The notes beneath the pieces were generated by a model that saw only the letters and a program-made list of their open reading frames with translations, did not search any database and was not told the origin of the DNA. Made by a program: the position numbers and the translations under genes. From assembly GCF_009914755.1 (NCBI RefSeq), contig NC_060938.1: a stretch of 64,000 nt of DNA; one strand, written 5' to 3'. Every line of letters begins with the position of its first letter. Position 1 is the stretch's first letter. Below, one piece after another: positions 12,958 to 29,858 of the stretch. The DNA is from the human T2T-CHM13v2.0 reference genome, Homo sapiens.

Positions 12958-13371
12958 TGATTTGATTTGGATGTTTGTCCCCTCCAAATCTCATGTTGAA
13001 ATGTGATCCCCAGTGTTGGAGGTAGGGCCTGGTGGGAGGTGTTAGGGTCATGGGGGCAGATCCATCATGAATGACTTGGTGCCATCCTCACAGTAATGAG
13101 TGAGTTCTCAGTTCACATGAGATCTGGTTGTTTACAAGAGCCTGGCACCTCCCTGCTCTCTCCCTCTTGCTGCCTTTCTCGCCATGTGACATACCTGCTC
13201 CCCCTTCCCCTTCCACCATGATTGGAGGCTTCCTGAGCCTCACCAGGAGTAGATGCTGGCACCATACTTCTCATACAGCCTGCAGAACCATGAGCCAAAA
13301 TAAACCTCTTTTCTTTGTAAATTACCCAGCCTCAGGTATTCCTTTATAGTGAGGCAAAATGGACCAACACA
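12958..13371 (+). mobile_element. Solo MaLR LTR (MSTA/MSTB-like)
   Basis: TG...CA ends, 5-bp TSD gaaaa (12953-57 and 13372-76), MST-like body with an aataaacctcttttc poly(A) region. Confidence 0.85.
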
Positions 13372-14369
13372 GAAAATAAGAGAAATATGTGCGTATTTAA
13401 AGCACAGGGTACTGTATAAAAAGCTGCCGAACTTCTGTTACAGTTGGCTGTGCAGAGTGAGTAGGGAGGACTCCTTGACAGAGCTGGCATGTGAATTGGA
13501 TCTTGAAAGATACGTAGGATTTTAACCACTGAAATCAAGCATATGCAGAGAAGCGTATTGCAGATAGGAGAAACGCACCGAGTGGGAAAGGACAAGTTGT
13601 GTGTGGGAGCCCTAAGAATCTGGGGTGGGGGCAGAGAGAAGATTCCATGTGTGATGGGCCTGGAAAGGTGGTTGGGGCCCCCTTGGCTATGGGTGGGCAA
13701 GTTTGACTTTTACCATGGTGGTGAAGACCACAGTTCTGTTCTTCTGGGCAAGACACTGAAACAGAACCTGCCAGAGCACCTTCTTCCCCCTCCTCTGTTA
13801 GGTAAAAGTCAATCTCTATAGCCCACTGTTGTTGCCAGGGTTACCTGAGATGATGATGTTCTTGTCTCTTTGGGTTGTGAGACCGGTGGGGGGCTCTCAC
13901 CTGTATGTATGTGGTGTGTGTGTGTGTGTGTGCATGTGCTATTGATTTTCCAAAAAATGTATTATAGACTTTAAAAGTTCATACACAGACACACCCAAAA
14001 CAGGGAAATTTAAAGCATCAAACATTTTTATCACCCGGTGCAAGTACGTGTTACCTTGTATTCTTTTTTCACTGAGTGTTACCTCTGGTACACATTCCTG
14101 TGTGCTGTGTTGTGGACCTATGTTGCCTACCTGCCATCTTCGATGGTGTCATCATATTATGATCATTTTAATGGTCAGAGTTATTTCATGTGTCTATCTT
14201 GACTTCTTTCCAAGTCCCCTCTGTTTTAAATGAAACTCCTGAAAACTTCTGTGGATCTAGGGTTTAGGGACCATTTCCTTGAGATCTGTCACCATCCTGG
14301 AGCCTTTGAGTCCAAGAGTGAAGCAGAGCCTGCTGATTGGCCCCTGAATTTTTGCTGGGTGTAAGTTTT

Positions 14370-15072
<703 letters not shown>

Positions 15073-15504
15073 AGAGAGCTTTCTATCTCTGTCACATAGC
15101 ACCAGATTATATGCCCGAAGTACTCAGCTGCTTTGCAGGGCGACCTGCAAGTCCCCATTTCCTAGTGGAGGCAAGAAGGAGGAAGAGAGGGGAGAGAGGA
15201 GAGGCAGCTTTGCATCCACTAAGGCTCTTGTTTCAAGGACTAGATTGCAAACATTTTTTTTTCATATTAAGTGTTTATGAGTTTTAGATTTTGCCAGAAG
15301 CTTTGAACTGTTTATTCTGACTCTCAAATCCTTGTGCTTTGACAGGGCTAGGTTTGCTGCTCAAGGCAGCCATGCCTCTTCCCCCAGCCTCAGTTCTGTG
15401 CTTTAGGCTGAGAACTCGCCTAGGTTAACCCTCCCCATGCCAGTGTTCTCCAGCTCCTCCTGAGAGTTGGTGTCCCCGCCACACCAGCACAAGAAAGGCC
15501 TGGA

Positions 15505-15813
15505 GACCGGGTGCAGTGGCTCATGCCTGTAATCCCAGTGCTTTGGGAGGCTGAGGTGGGAGGATCTCTTGAGGCCAGGAATTCAAGACCAGACTGGGCA
15601 ACACAGCAAGACCCCGTCTCTACAAAAAATTTTATAAATGAGCTGGGCATGGTGGTGTGCACTTGTAGTCACAGCTACTCGGGAGGCTGAGGCAGGGGGA
15701 TCTCTCGAGCCCTGGAGTTCAAGGTTACAGTGAGCTGTGATCACACCACTGCACTTCGGCCTGGGTGACAGAGTGAGATCCTGTCTGTATCCAAAAAACT
15801 AAACGAAAATAAA
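15505..15813 (+). mobile_element. Alu (AluJ-like)
   Basis: Diverged dimeric Alu with J-type features. Confidence 0.9.
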
Positions 15814-17727
15814 GACCCGGGGCCCAGTTTCAACAATGCCTGTGTTCTTGTCGGATGCTGCCGTCACTCATTCATTCACTGTCTCTTCGTTGAAACAGTC
15901 TTGGGGTCTCTTGGGCCGTATCTTGGCACTTGCTGAGTGTCAAGCTTGTTTTATGCTGACCACTGGCCACTGGGAGTCTTCAGTGGCCACTTCACCTCTT
16001 TGCCTAGCCTTGGGAAAGGTTTGTCCTGAAACTGCTGGACTTGAATTCCCCTTTCCAGGGACAGCACAGGCCTGTTCTGAGCCTGTAAGAGCCTGCCTGG
16101 AGCTGCTCAACAACAGCCTAAGACCACTCCTGGGGCATAAGAGGCCCCAAGAATGGCCTGGGATTTAGCTGGGTGGGCTGTCTGGAGGAGCTGGGCCAGA
16201 GCCCGTTGAAGTGGCCTGAAGGACAGTGAGGGTCTTGTTTCCACTGGGCAAGGCTTCCCCAGCCCTAGCTCTGCAGTCCTCAGGCGTCAGAGCTTCGTGC
16301 CACTCTGGAAACTCTTCATCCAGCCCCTGCTTGCAGATGAATTGGTGGCTCAGAGAGGGGAAGTGGTTTCCCCAGGGTCTCCGGACCTGTGGGCTGTCTC
16401 CAACCAAGGCTGTCTCCAAGGCTTGTGCGGCACCCAGGCCGCTCCATGGCACGAGGCCCCAGAGATGGAATGTGGGCACATCTGCCTTCACTAGCTGCCT
16501 CCCTCTCTAGCCTCTGGAAGGGGCTGAGCTCTTTCCTGCCTCTGGGCCTAAGTGCAAGTGTCCCACCTCTACCTCTTGCAAGAAGCCTCCCAGGCTGTGT
16601 GAGGCCTGCAGGGCCGCTGTACACCGTTGCGCAGGTTGTTTACTGCTCACGTGTTCCTGGCTGAGGCAAAGCTGGGTAGGGGCTGAACTTTCATTCTCTT
16701 GCCAAGCCTTGTGTCATGGTAGGTGTGTATGGGGGTGGGGTGGGGGTTGGCCTGCACCCATGGGCAGCAAGGAGCACCCTCTTCTAATTTATGCAGAGGC
16801 ACCCTACAGGCTACCAAGGACCCCAGCCACAGAAGAGCCGGCAGCACAATGGGCGCTCGCCCCTGATGCCTGTGGCAGCTCATTCTGTGTGTAGCCCCAC
16901 TAGACTGTAAGCTCCCACCAGCAGGGACAGTGGCTCTTCCTGGCAGGGTGTGGGGGGATGGTATTGCCAGGTCAGCACCATAAAGGGCACAGAATGCTCC
17001 ACCAAGAACACTGGTGCTGAGCGAGAGATTGAGGGGAGGGAAGGAGGATCTAGTGCAGGGCTCGGTAAGTGTTTGCTGAGTTAATATATGGTGTGTTGAT
17101 GCCAAAGAGGGGGGTGAAAGGGAAGTGCCCAGGACAGAGGGCCTCTGGGAGAGGGAATGGGGCCCACTAGGAGGCCTGCCAGGGTGGAGGGGACTGTGAG
17201 CTGTGAACATCTGAGAAACAGGGTGGGCCGCCAAGGGAGAGGGTCCAGCCACAGGAACAGTGCAGGGTCGGCCACAGTGTTGGGGAGGTGCCAAAGCCCC
17301 CAATTCCCCTCAGCCATAGACTCTCAGGCAGCGTCAGGCCCTGGAGCCCCGCTGTGGCCTGCATGGCACTGCACCAGCCAGAATGTGATCACCCATCCTT
17401 GTCCCAGGGACCCTCAGTCTTGTGGGGACGCAGGAGTGATAGGCAGTGCTGTGGCCACAGGGTGCAGGATGGTCCTATGGAGTGCCGGGGGTCCCTGGCT
17501 GGCTGAAGGGCATCCTGCTCAGACTGGGGTGGCATCTGGGGAAACTTTTCCTGCGGCATGAGAGCCACACAAAGCCATGCCTGGGAGTTTCCCAGGTAAA
17601 CTCGTGGTGGGGGTGGAGGGGCTGCTGCAGGCTCCGTGTGCCTGTCATTGACAATCTTCTGGACGGACAGGAGAGGTGACCAGATAGCAGAGGCTCTTGG
17701 GCTGTATCCTGAAGGCAATGGAGACTA

Positions 17728-19115
<1,388 letters not shown>

Positions 19116-19119
19116 AAAC

Positions 19120-19570
19120 TGTAATTTACACGGAGTAAAAGTCACTCTCTTTAGTGTACGTTTCTGCACGTTTTGACAAACAGACAGCCATGCAACTGCC
19201 ACTGCAGTCAAGACAGAAAATTCCATCACCCTCCAAAAGCCCCCTGGGCCCTTTTGTAGTCAGGACCTCTTCCTCCGCAGACCCCCGCGTTTCTGCTTCG
19301 TCCCTACGTTCTGCCGTTTCGAGAACGTCCTGTGAATGGAATCACAGTGTGTCACCATGTGCCTGGCTTTTTCTCAGCCACATGCATTTGAGGTCTGCCT
19401 GGGTTGTCGTGTGACTCGAGAGTCCATTCCTCTTTGTCGCTGAGAATATTTCGTTGTGTGGATCTACCAGTGTGTTTATCCCTTCCCCGCTCAGGCCTGT
19501 TTGGGTGGTTTCCAGTTTGGGGCGATGACAAATACAGGCACTAACAAACGTTTGCATGTAGATTGTTTCA
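19120..19570 (-). mobile_element. Old L1M 3' fragment
   Basis: Degenerate antisense L1M 3' UTR motifs. Confidence 0.5.
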
Positions 19571-20533
19571 TAGTGGAGCCACGCGGGCAGGCTTGCATTT
19601 GGGCTGCTATGTGAAGAAGGATGTGGGGGCAGCTCAGGGAGGGGGGCGTGGAAGGGGGCTGCTGGGGGGTCCTGGCAAGGGCTGGTGCCTGGACTAAGGC
19701 CTCGGCATCAAGGAGGGGAAAGGTGGGCTCAGGGACAGGAGGGCTCACTGGAGTGTATTGAGGAGGCTGAGTGAATGGAGCCTGGCAGGAGATGGGTGTG
19801 CCCCGTGGGGGCGGGGAGGCCGCCTTTATTCCCTCCCACCGCCTCCCTCCTAGGGCGATGGCCATCGTGGCTGAGTGTAGCTGTCTGGACATGTGGACAT
19901 TGAGTGGTAGAACAGTACGGTGTGGTGGTCAGGGCTGTGAGCCCTGGAGTAAACTGCTGGGGTTGACGTTCCACTCTCTGCCTCAGTTTCCTTATCTGTA
20001 AAATGACAGCCTCTAATTCAGAGTTGCTGTGTATTACATGAGTGGACGTATGTAAGGACCTAGAACAGAGTCAAGAACGTAGTAGGCGTTGTTTCCATGG
20101 TCTTCTGAAGGGCCCTGGTTCCACACCCCCTTGTCCACTCCACTCACAGTTTGCACTGCCTCTTGTGACCCCGTGGGGGTGTGGACGGCATGATCATCTG
20201 GGAAATGGGGGGCAGGTCCCCAGCGCCAGGTCTGCCCTTGCTTACTGTGAGACCTCTCCGATCATTGCTTCTTCCATTCATGCAGTGTGGAGATACAGGG
20301 CTGCACTGTGTCCCGGGTGGAGTGTGAGCAGTGTGTAGCACAGCAGCCCCGCACAGTAGGCACTTCGCAGCAGGCATGAAAATGTGCGGCTTCATGATGT
20401 GTGCATGACATGATGGGGAGAGGCCTCAGTGAGCGGTTCGCGGGACACACTCCAGTTCTGGGGCTGGCAGAGGCTCCCCATGCAGCTGCCACAAGTAGCC
20501 CCTTTTCCTCCAAAATTTGTCCTCTGCCTCTGA

Positions 20534-21698
<1,165 letters not shown>

Positions 21699-22697
21699 TA
21701 TCTTCCTCGTGTAGATAAATCTTCCCCTAACCTCTCCCCTGCACTGTGCACACTTCTACCATCAGCAGCTCATGCCTCTGGGTTAAGAAGTGCCCAGTCT
21801 TAGCTATGGTGTTTCCTGAAAATGCACAAATCCTTGGGATATGCACTATCCCTCCAGTCTTGGGGCCTTGGTCCCCTCTCACCTTCAGTGACATTGAAGT
21901 GTTCGAAAGGACAGTTTCCAAGAAAGGTAGTGGTCAATGCTAATATTTTATTTTCTGTGCTTCTAACAGAAAGACTCTTGTAGGGAGTAGTGTATCAATC
22001 AAGGCAAATAAAAAGCAGGGATTTTTCACTTTCACAGATTTGACACTACTAATTGCAGCGATTATGTCTGGAGCATTTACTCAGGGTCGAGTTTTTGTTG
22101 TTTTGTTTTGTTTATCAGTTAATAGTCATAGCCCCCTGAGGCTGAGACTGCATTGCCCAGTTTACAGGCGAGGAAACTGAGGCACAGCAAATCACTTGAT
22201 CAAAGCTCTTAGCAATAGCAGAGCTGTGGCCACTTCTCGGTGGATTCAGCCACCTGAACCCAGGTTTCTCTGAGTCCAGAGCCTCTGCCCTAGCCCCTGA
22301 ACTCCCTGCATCTCCATGCTTTATCCCAAGGTTCTGGGGCCCTACTGCCTTTTCTACATCCACGTGTGCCTGGATCCTGGAAGGGATGCTGCTGGAACCT
22401 CTGCAACCTTCCAAGCCCCACTGAGGGGATGAACTCCCTATCTTCTCCCCAAGTTGGTTCTATGTGGACAACCCAGGTGAAGAACCTGGGAGGCACAGAA
22501 AGGTGCATCCAGCCCCACCCACCAATCTCTGTCTTGTCATCTGCTGGCAAAGTCCCACCCTACAGTCACTGTCTTCGGAGTCTTTGGGGGTCATTGTAAC
22601 CTGGGTGGGATGGGTGTGCCTGTCATGCCTCAGGACTCCTCCTTACAGCATCTTACCTCCTCATTTTCTCCCTATTGTCCCCAAAGTAAATTCACCA

Positions 22698-22929
22698 GTG
22701 TCTTCGTCAGCTTGGGCTACTGTAACAAAATAGCACCGATGGGGTGGCTTACAAACAGTGGCTCTGGAGGCTGGGAAGTCCAAGATGAAGGCAGCAGCAG
22801 ATTCTGTGTCTGGCGGGGTCCAGTCACTAGACACCAAACCCTGTCATAGATGGAATGTCTGTGTCCCCACAAAATGTATGTGTTGAAATCCAATCCTCTC
22901 AGGGCACACAAACATTCAGTCTATGACAG
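22698..22929 (-). mobile_element. Internally rearranged MaLR (MLT1/MST-like) LTR
   Basis: Antisense LTR ends plus sense copies of LTR segments inside. Confidence 0.6.
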
Positions 22930-23486
22930 CCAGTGTCCTCAGCTTCCTCTAACCTCTCACTCTTGAAAACTCACCCACAGCGACTTCATGCCTTAGCACA
23001 AGGGACTTTGCATGCTTTAAAATCTGATGGGGGCAGGTGGACATAAATGTTAACAGGGAACAAAAACCTGGTGGTAGAATTTCTAGCTGGGGGTGCGGAA
23101 TCCACTTGGCTTTGCAAGGGCACCTGGGCCTGGCAGGCGGCCCCTGTCAAGAAGCGTCAGGACTGTAGTCGGCCTGGGGTGGGCACATGATACGCTTATT
23201 CCCCAGCAGAGGAAATGTGGTCACAGCAACTGTTAGGTGGGTTGCAGGGTGACTCAGTGTCACCAGGGGGTGGGAGCAATGTGACGCTGTGTAGTTTCCT
23301 GCAATGGGCGTGTCAGGGCTGCTATCCTTGGCCTGCACCCTCACGACACTGGCAGTGCCCGTGGAAGGGCAGCTATGGAGAACCTGCAGTGCGTTCTGAC
23401 CTCCTCCCTAGCGTAGAAACAGTGGTTCACTCTGCCAAAGCACAACTCTCGCCCCCCTAGTTATTTTAAACCCCTCCCCCCAGTAA

Positions 23487-23806
<320 letters not shown>

Positions 23807-24871
23807 CTCCCTTCTCTTATCTTACTGCTAGGAGAACCTAGGCTTAAAGAGGGAGGGAGACTTGCTTAAGGTCACACAGCAAGCTAACAGCAACAGGCTA
23901 GAATAGACCCCAGATAACTTTCCAGGATACAGGGTTTTCTGCACCACCCAGAGCTGCCCAGGATGAGTAATGTCCACAGCCACTCTTTATTGAGCCATTG
24001 TTAAGCTCTAGATGCCTTAGTCCTTCTGGTCCTCACAACTAATCCCATGGGGTCATCTCATTTTAGACACTGAAAGGCCAGCCTCAGAGTGGAAGGCAGG
24101 GCACCCAGGCTCCTTGTCTCCCCTTCTGGGGGAAGTTATTTACCATGGTGCAACTCCTCCCCTCTCCCTCTCCCTTCTCAGCCTCAGCAGGGGAGGGGGA
24201 GGCTGCCATCTCCTCCCTAATGTCCCCCACTCAACCCCAGATGATGAGGAACTGCTGAGTAAGCAGCAGGCAGGACAGAGGCGGGGGTCACGGGGCCACG
24301 GTGGAATGTATGGGCTGCCACAGGTTGCAGGTACTCTTAGAGGAAGGGTGGTCTCCTCAGAGCCGTCTGAGATTCCTGCCCTCTTGCTCATTTTCCCAGC
24401 CTGGTCCATCCCTGGGTAGGAGAAGGCAGCCAAAGGGAAGTGGGCATGGGAGTTGGGAGGCTCTTGAAAGCCAGGGAGCTTGGAGGGGACGAGACTCAGG
24501 AGGCTCATCTCAGGCAAAGACCTGGTCCAGGAAGTGGCCTTGACATGTACCAGCCTCCCGTGGAAGCTCCCAGGAGGAGGGGCCGGCAAACACTGCAACA
24601 GATGGCACAGGACTGGATTTGCTTTCCAGAAGAACTTTCCAAACAGGGTGGTGGCCAAAGGTACTAACAACACTCAACATGCATATAGTTTTCCTCTTTA
24701 TTTCTTTTTTCCTTCTATTTGAAAACAAATCCCACAAATAACACACGAATTCACATATACACTGAAAAGATGTAAACTTTAGAAAAGTCTAGATCAGCAT
24801 TGTCCAGTGTGATAGCCACTAGTCACATGTAGCTATTTTACAAGTTAAATTAATTAAAATGTGTCAGTAGC

Positions 24872-25475
24872 ACAACCATTATGGAAAACAGTGTGCAGAT
24901 TCCTTAAAGAACTAAAAGTAGAACTACCATTTGATCCAGCAGTTCCACTACTGAGTATCTACCCAGAGGAAGAGAAGTCATTATACAAAAAAGATACTTG
25001 CACACGCATGTTTATGGCAGCAAAATTCACAATTGCAAAAATATGGAACCAGCCCAAATGCCCATCAGTCAATAAGTAGATAAAGAAATTGTGGTCTCTC
25101 TCTATATATATGATGAAATACTACTCAGCAATAAAAAGGAGTGAATTAATGGCATTCGCAGCAACCTGGATGGAACTGGAGACCATTATTCTAAGTGAAG
25201 TAACTCAGGGATGGAAAACCAAACATCATATGTTCTCACTCCTAAGTGGGAACTAAGCTATGAGGATGCAAAGGCATAAGAATAATACAATGGACTCTGG
25301 GGACTTAGGGGAAAGGGTGGGAGGGGAGTGAGGAATAAAAGGCTACAAATTGGGTACAGCGTATACTGCTCAGGTGATGGGTGTACCAAAATCTCAGAAA
25401 TCACCACTAAATAACTTACTCAGGTAACCAAATACCACTTGTTCCCCAAAAACTTACGGAAATAAAAATTTTGTT
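24872..25475 (+). mobile_element. 5'-truncated L1PB-type 3' end, inserted in a hAT-Charlie (MER3/MER33-like) element (~24797-25600)
   Basis: L1 ORF2 C-terminus and 3' UTR (LKELKVELPFDPAVPLLSIYP); TSD ttaaaatgtg(t/g)cagtagc at 24854-71 and 25476-93. Confidence 0.85.
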
Positions 25476-25891
25476 TTAAAATGTGGCAGTAGCCTCATTT
25501 CAAGTGTTTAATAACCACATATGGCTTGTGGTGACCATACTGGATGATACAGGTAAAGAGAATTTCCAGCAATGACAAAATTCTATTGGATAGCACTGGC
25601 TAGACCAGAAGCTAGGAAAACCCCACCAGCCAAAAATACTGTTTGGAATCAGTTTGGTTCTTTGGACTTCTTTTATATATATTTATATATGTGTGGCCAT
25701 CCATAGAGATAGCCTTCTTGAGTTTATAAAACCCCTCCACAAAATGATTATATCTGATCTGCCCAGCATCTCAGCCCTATGGGTATGAGACTGATGTTCC
25801 CCATTAAAAAAAAATATCCTTTGAGTCATGTCATTTTTTTTTTTTTTTTTTTTTACAGATGGGGAAACTTAGGCTCATAGAAAGTAAATGG

Positions 25892-26210
25892 GGCTGGGCG
25901 TGGTGGCTCACGCCTATAATCCTAAAACTTTGGGAGGCTGAGGTGGGCGGATCACTTGAGGTCAGGAGTTCGAAACCAGCCTGGCCATCACGGTGAAACC
26001 CCGTCTCTACTAAAAATACAAAAATTAGCTGGGCATGGTGTCAGGCACCTGTAATCCCGGCTACTCAGGAGGCTGAGGCAGGAGAATCGCTTGAACCTGG
26101 GAGGGAGAGGTTGCAGTGTTGCAGTGAGCCAAGATCGTGCCACTGCACTCCAGCCTGGGTGACAGAGTGAGACTCCATCTCAAAAAAAAAAAAACAAAAA
26201 GAAAGAAAGA
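25892..26210 (+). mobile_element. Alu (AluS)
   Basis: TSD agaaagta(a/t)atgg. Confidence 0.95.
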
Positions 26211-26908
26211 AAGAAAGTATATGGACAAGTGTGGAGAGGTTGGAATGAGTTTGTTCCTTAGGGACAGAGGTCCTTCCCCTGAGTTTGTCCAGGGCAGCTG
26301 AGGGGCAGCCAGGCAGGGGGTCTCTGCTGGTCTTCTCAAATCCCTACACCTTCCACTATCTTGTATGTGAGAGGCTCTGACAAGCACATTGATCTGGGAA
26401 GATTCATGCCTGGGTGTCTATTCTCCCATTTTTATTGTTCCCCCTGAAGTGTTCACCTGTTACTTTTTTTATTGTCATTATAATACACATTTATTGTAAA
26501 ATTTGGAGTGTACAGAAAAGTGCAAAGAAGGAGAAAGAAATCACTTCATCTCAGGATGAATTGCCACAGTTGTTTCAGTTTCCACTCACACCTGCAGAAT
26601 AGGAGAGCTCCGGTTCTTCCTCATCCTCCCCAGGCCTTGGTAGTGTCAGCCTCCATCGTGACACCCATGGGGATGGGCTCTCACTGTTCAATTTACCATT
26701 CCCCGATCCTCACGCTGTTGAGAATCTTTTCACATGCTCACAGCCATGTGGAGATCCACAGTAAGAAGCGCCAGGTCAAGCTTCTTGCTTATTTCCCTAT
26801 TCATTGTCTGGTCTTTTCCTTATCGGTGTGTACACTGTGCTTATGAGCCCTTTGTTGGGTGTGTGTGTAAAAATATCTTCTCCCACTCAGGGCTTGTGCT
26901 TTCATTCT

Positions 26909-27024
26909 TTTTTTTCTTTTCTTTCTTTCTTTTTTTTTTTTTTTTTGAGGCAGGTTCTCGCTCTGTCGCCCAGACTGGAGTGCAGTGGTGTGATCTTGGC
27001 TCACTGCAGCCTCCACCTCCCGGG
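26909..27024 (-). mobile_element. 5'-truncated Alu (partial right arm)
   Basis: TSD gctttcattct at 26898-908 and 27028-38. Confidence 0.9.
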
Positions 27025-27264
27025 CGAGCTTTCATTCTCCTAATGATGTCTTGATGAACAGGAAGTCTTTGTTTTACTGCATTCAATTTTATCAGTCCTT
27101 TCTTTTAAGATTGGCGGGTGTGGGTGTGTGCGTGCACGCACGTGCATACTGTTTAAGAAGTCTCTCTACCATCAGATTACGAAGACATTCTTTACTTTCT
27201 TCTAGAAGCTTTTTTGTTTTACCTTCCACCTTTTAAATTAGGACACAGTCTACCTGGAACAGAC

Positions 27265-27490
27265 TTTTTTTTTTTTTTTTTTTAGACAGAGTCTTGCTCT
27301 GTCGCCTAGGCTGGATTTCAGTGGCGTGACCTTGGCTCACTGCAACCTCCGTCTCCCGGGTTCAAGCGATTCTCCTGCCTCAGCCTCCTGAGTAGCTGGG
27401 ATTATAGGCATGTGCCACCACGCCTGGCTACTTTTTTTTTTTTTTGTATTTTTTAGTAGAGACTGGGTTTCACCATGTTGGTCAGGCTGG
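27265..27490 (-). mobile_element. 5'-truncated Alu
   Basis: TSD ctggaac(a/t)ga. Confidence 0.9.
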
Positions 27491-28053
27491 AACTGATTTT
27501 TTAAGTTGTGAAGAAGGGACCAGGCTTCATTTTTCCCTCAGTTGGATACCCAGTTGTTCAACACCCTTTATTGACAAGACTGTCCTTTCCTCATGTGCTA
27601 CTATTGCGGCTGTGCAGAAATCAGGCGACTGTAAATGTGCGGCTCTATTTCTGGACTTTTCTGTTCCACTGACCTGTGTGTCTGTCCCTGCAGTAATGTC
27701 ACACCATCTTAATCACTTCGGCTTTATCATAAGCCTTGATATCCTGCAGAACAACTAATACCCCCTCTTCAAGTGCAGCCTGGATCTTCTCAGCCCCTTT
27801 CATCTCCCTCTGCCTTTTCACACAACACCTTTGGGATTCTAACTGGGATTGCACTGATGCTGTAGACCGTTTGTGTAGAATTGATAGCTTGACAGTATTG
27901 TCTTCCACGCCATGGACAAGATCTGTCCTTCTATCTCTCCATTCGCCTATTGTGTGTCTGTGATGTGTAATGTTTATATCATAAGCACTCATCAGTAGGA
28001 ATTTGGCAGTGATTAGAAACATAGACTATTGACTCAAAAAACTGCCAGGGTTC

Positions 28054-28404
<351 letters not shown>

Positions 28405-29220
28405 TTACTGACTATGTCTTGGTTTCTTCCTCCCTAAAATGGGAATGATAACCGAGTAACCTTATAGCATTCTTTTAAAGGATTAAATTGGTTCATGTAT
28501 GTTAACCAGCAACAGCAATGCATGGCACACAGTAAATGGTAAACTCTGGAAACATAATTTATTTCCGAGTAGGTAATATGCTCATAGGATTTAAAAATAT
28601 ATATATATATAATGAAAAAGATGTACAGTGAAGAAGTTTTCCCACCTGGTCCCTTCATGTCCCTGTTTATACCCCTTCCTGACACTAGCTTCCTGCGTCT
28701 TCTTCCAGAGTTTCTTTATGCAAATACAAATAATTATTCTTTTTCTTTCCAACAAGGGAGTACAGTATACATACTGGTTTATATGTATGTAAGTGGTTAA
28801 TATCTCCTTAACCACTTAGTGACTGGGTTGTTTCATATGGTACTAATATTTCCTACATTGCTTTTGTCCTTCAGCCACCCACCCACCCTAGGAATCTTTC
28901 CATGTCAGTACACAGAAGGTATTCTCATGATTCTTCTTACAGTTGTATAGTATTCCATTCATTTCCCTGGTCCCTTACTGATGGACATTTAGGTTGTTTC
29001 CAGTCTTTTCTCCATTACAGACAATGCTCCCCTGAATCCAGTGAGCACTTTTGTCTGTGCGTCATTTTGCATACATGCAACTGTACGTATAAGTTCCCAC
29101 GATTGCTGGGTCAAGGGGCCTATGTGTTTATGTGTTTGCAATTGTGATAGAAGTTACTGAATTGCCCTCCATGAAGGCTGTACTAATTTATGCTTCCACC
29201 AGCTATAAGTGAGTGCCTTA

Positions 29221-29225
<5 letters not shown>

Positions 29226-29251
<26 letters not shown>

Positions 29252-29858
29252 GGAGACAGAGTCTTGCTCTGTCGCCCAGGCTGTAGTGCAGTGGCACAAT
29301 CTTGGCTCACTGCAGCCTCTGCCCCCCCGCCACCAGGTTCCAGCGATTCTCCTGCCTCAGCCTCCTGGGTAGCTGGGATTACAGGTGCACACCACCACGC
29401 CTGGCTAATTTTATTTATTTTATTTTATTTTATTTTATTTTTTTTGAGACGGAGTCTTGCTCTGTCACCCAGGCTGGAGCACAGTGGTGCGACCTTGGCC
29501 CACTGCAGCCTCTGACTCCTGGGTTCAAGTGATTCCTCTGCCTCAGCCCCCCAAGTAGCTGGGACTACAGGCGCCCGCCTGGCTTTTTTGTATTTTTAGT
29601 AGAGACGGGGTTTCACCATGTTGGCCAGGATGGTCTCAATCTCTTGACCTTGTGATCCACCTGCCTCGGCCTCCCAAAGTGCTGGGATTACAGGCGTGAG
29701 CCACCACACCCGGCCACACCTGGCTAATTTTTGTATTTTTAGTAGAGACAGGGTTTTGCCAGTTTGGCCAGGCTGGTCTCAAACTCCTGACCTAGGTGAT
29801 CTGCCTGCCTTGACCTCCCAAAGTGCTGGGATTACAGGCGTGAGCCACCATGCCTGGC
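29226..29858 (-). mobile_element. Alu with a second Alu (29413-29715) nested in its central A-rich linker
   Basis: Outer TSD ccttagggac; inner TSD ac(g/a)cctggctaattt. Confidence 0.9.

Noticed and set aside
24861-25079. ORF resembling the L1 ORF2 C-terminus
   Set aside because: Part of a 0.6-kb 5'-truncated L1; not a gene.
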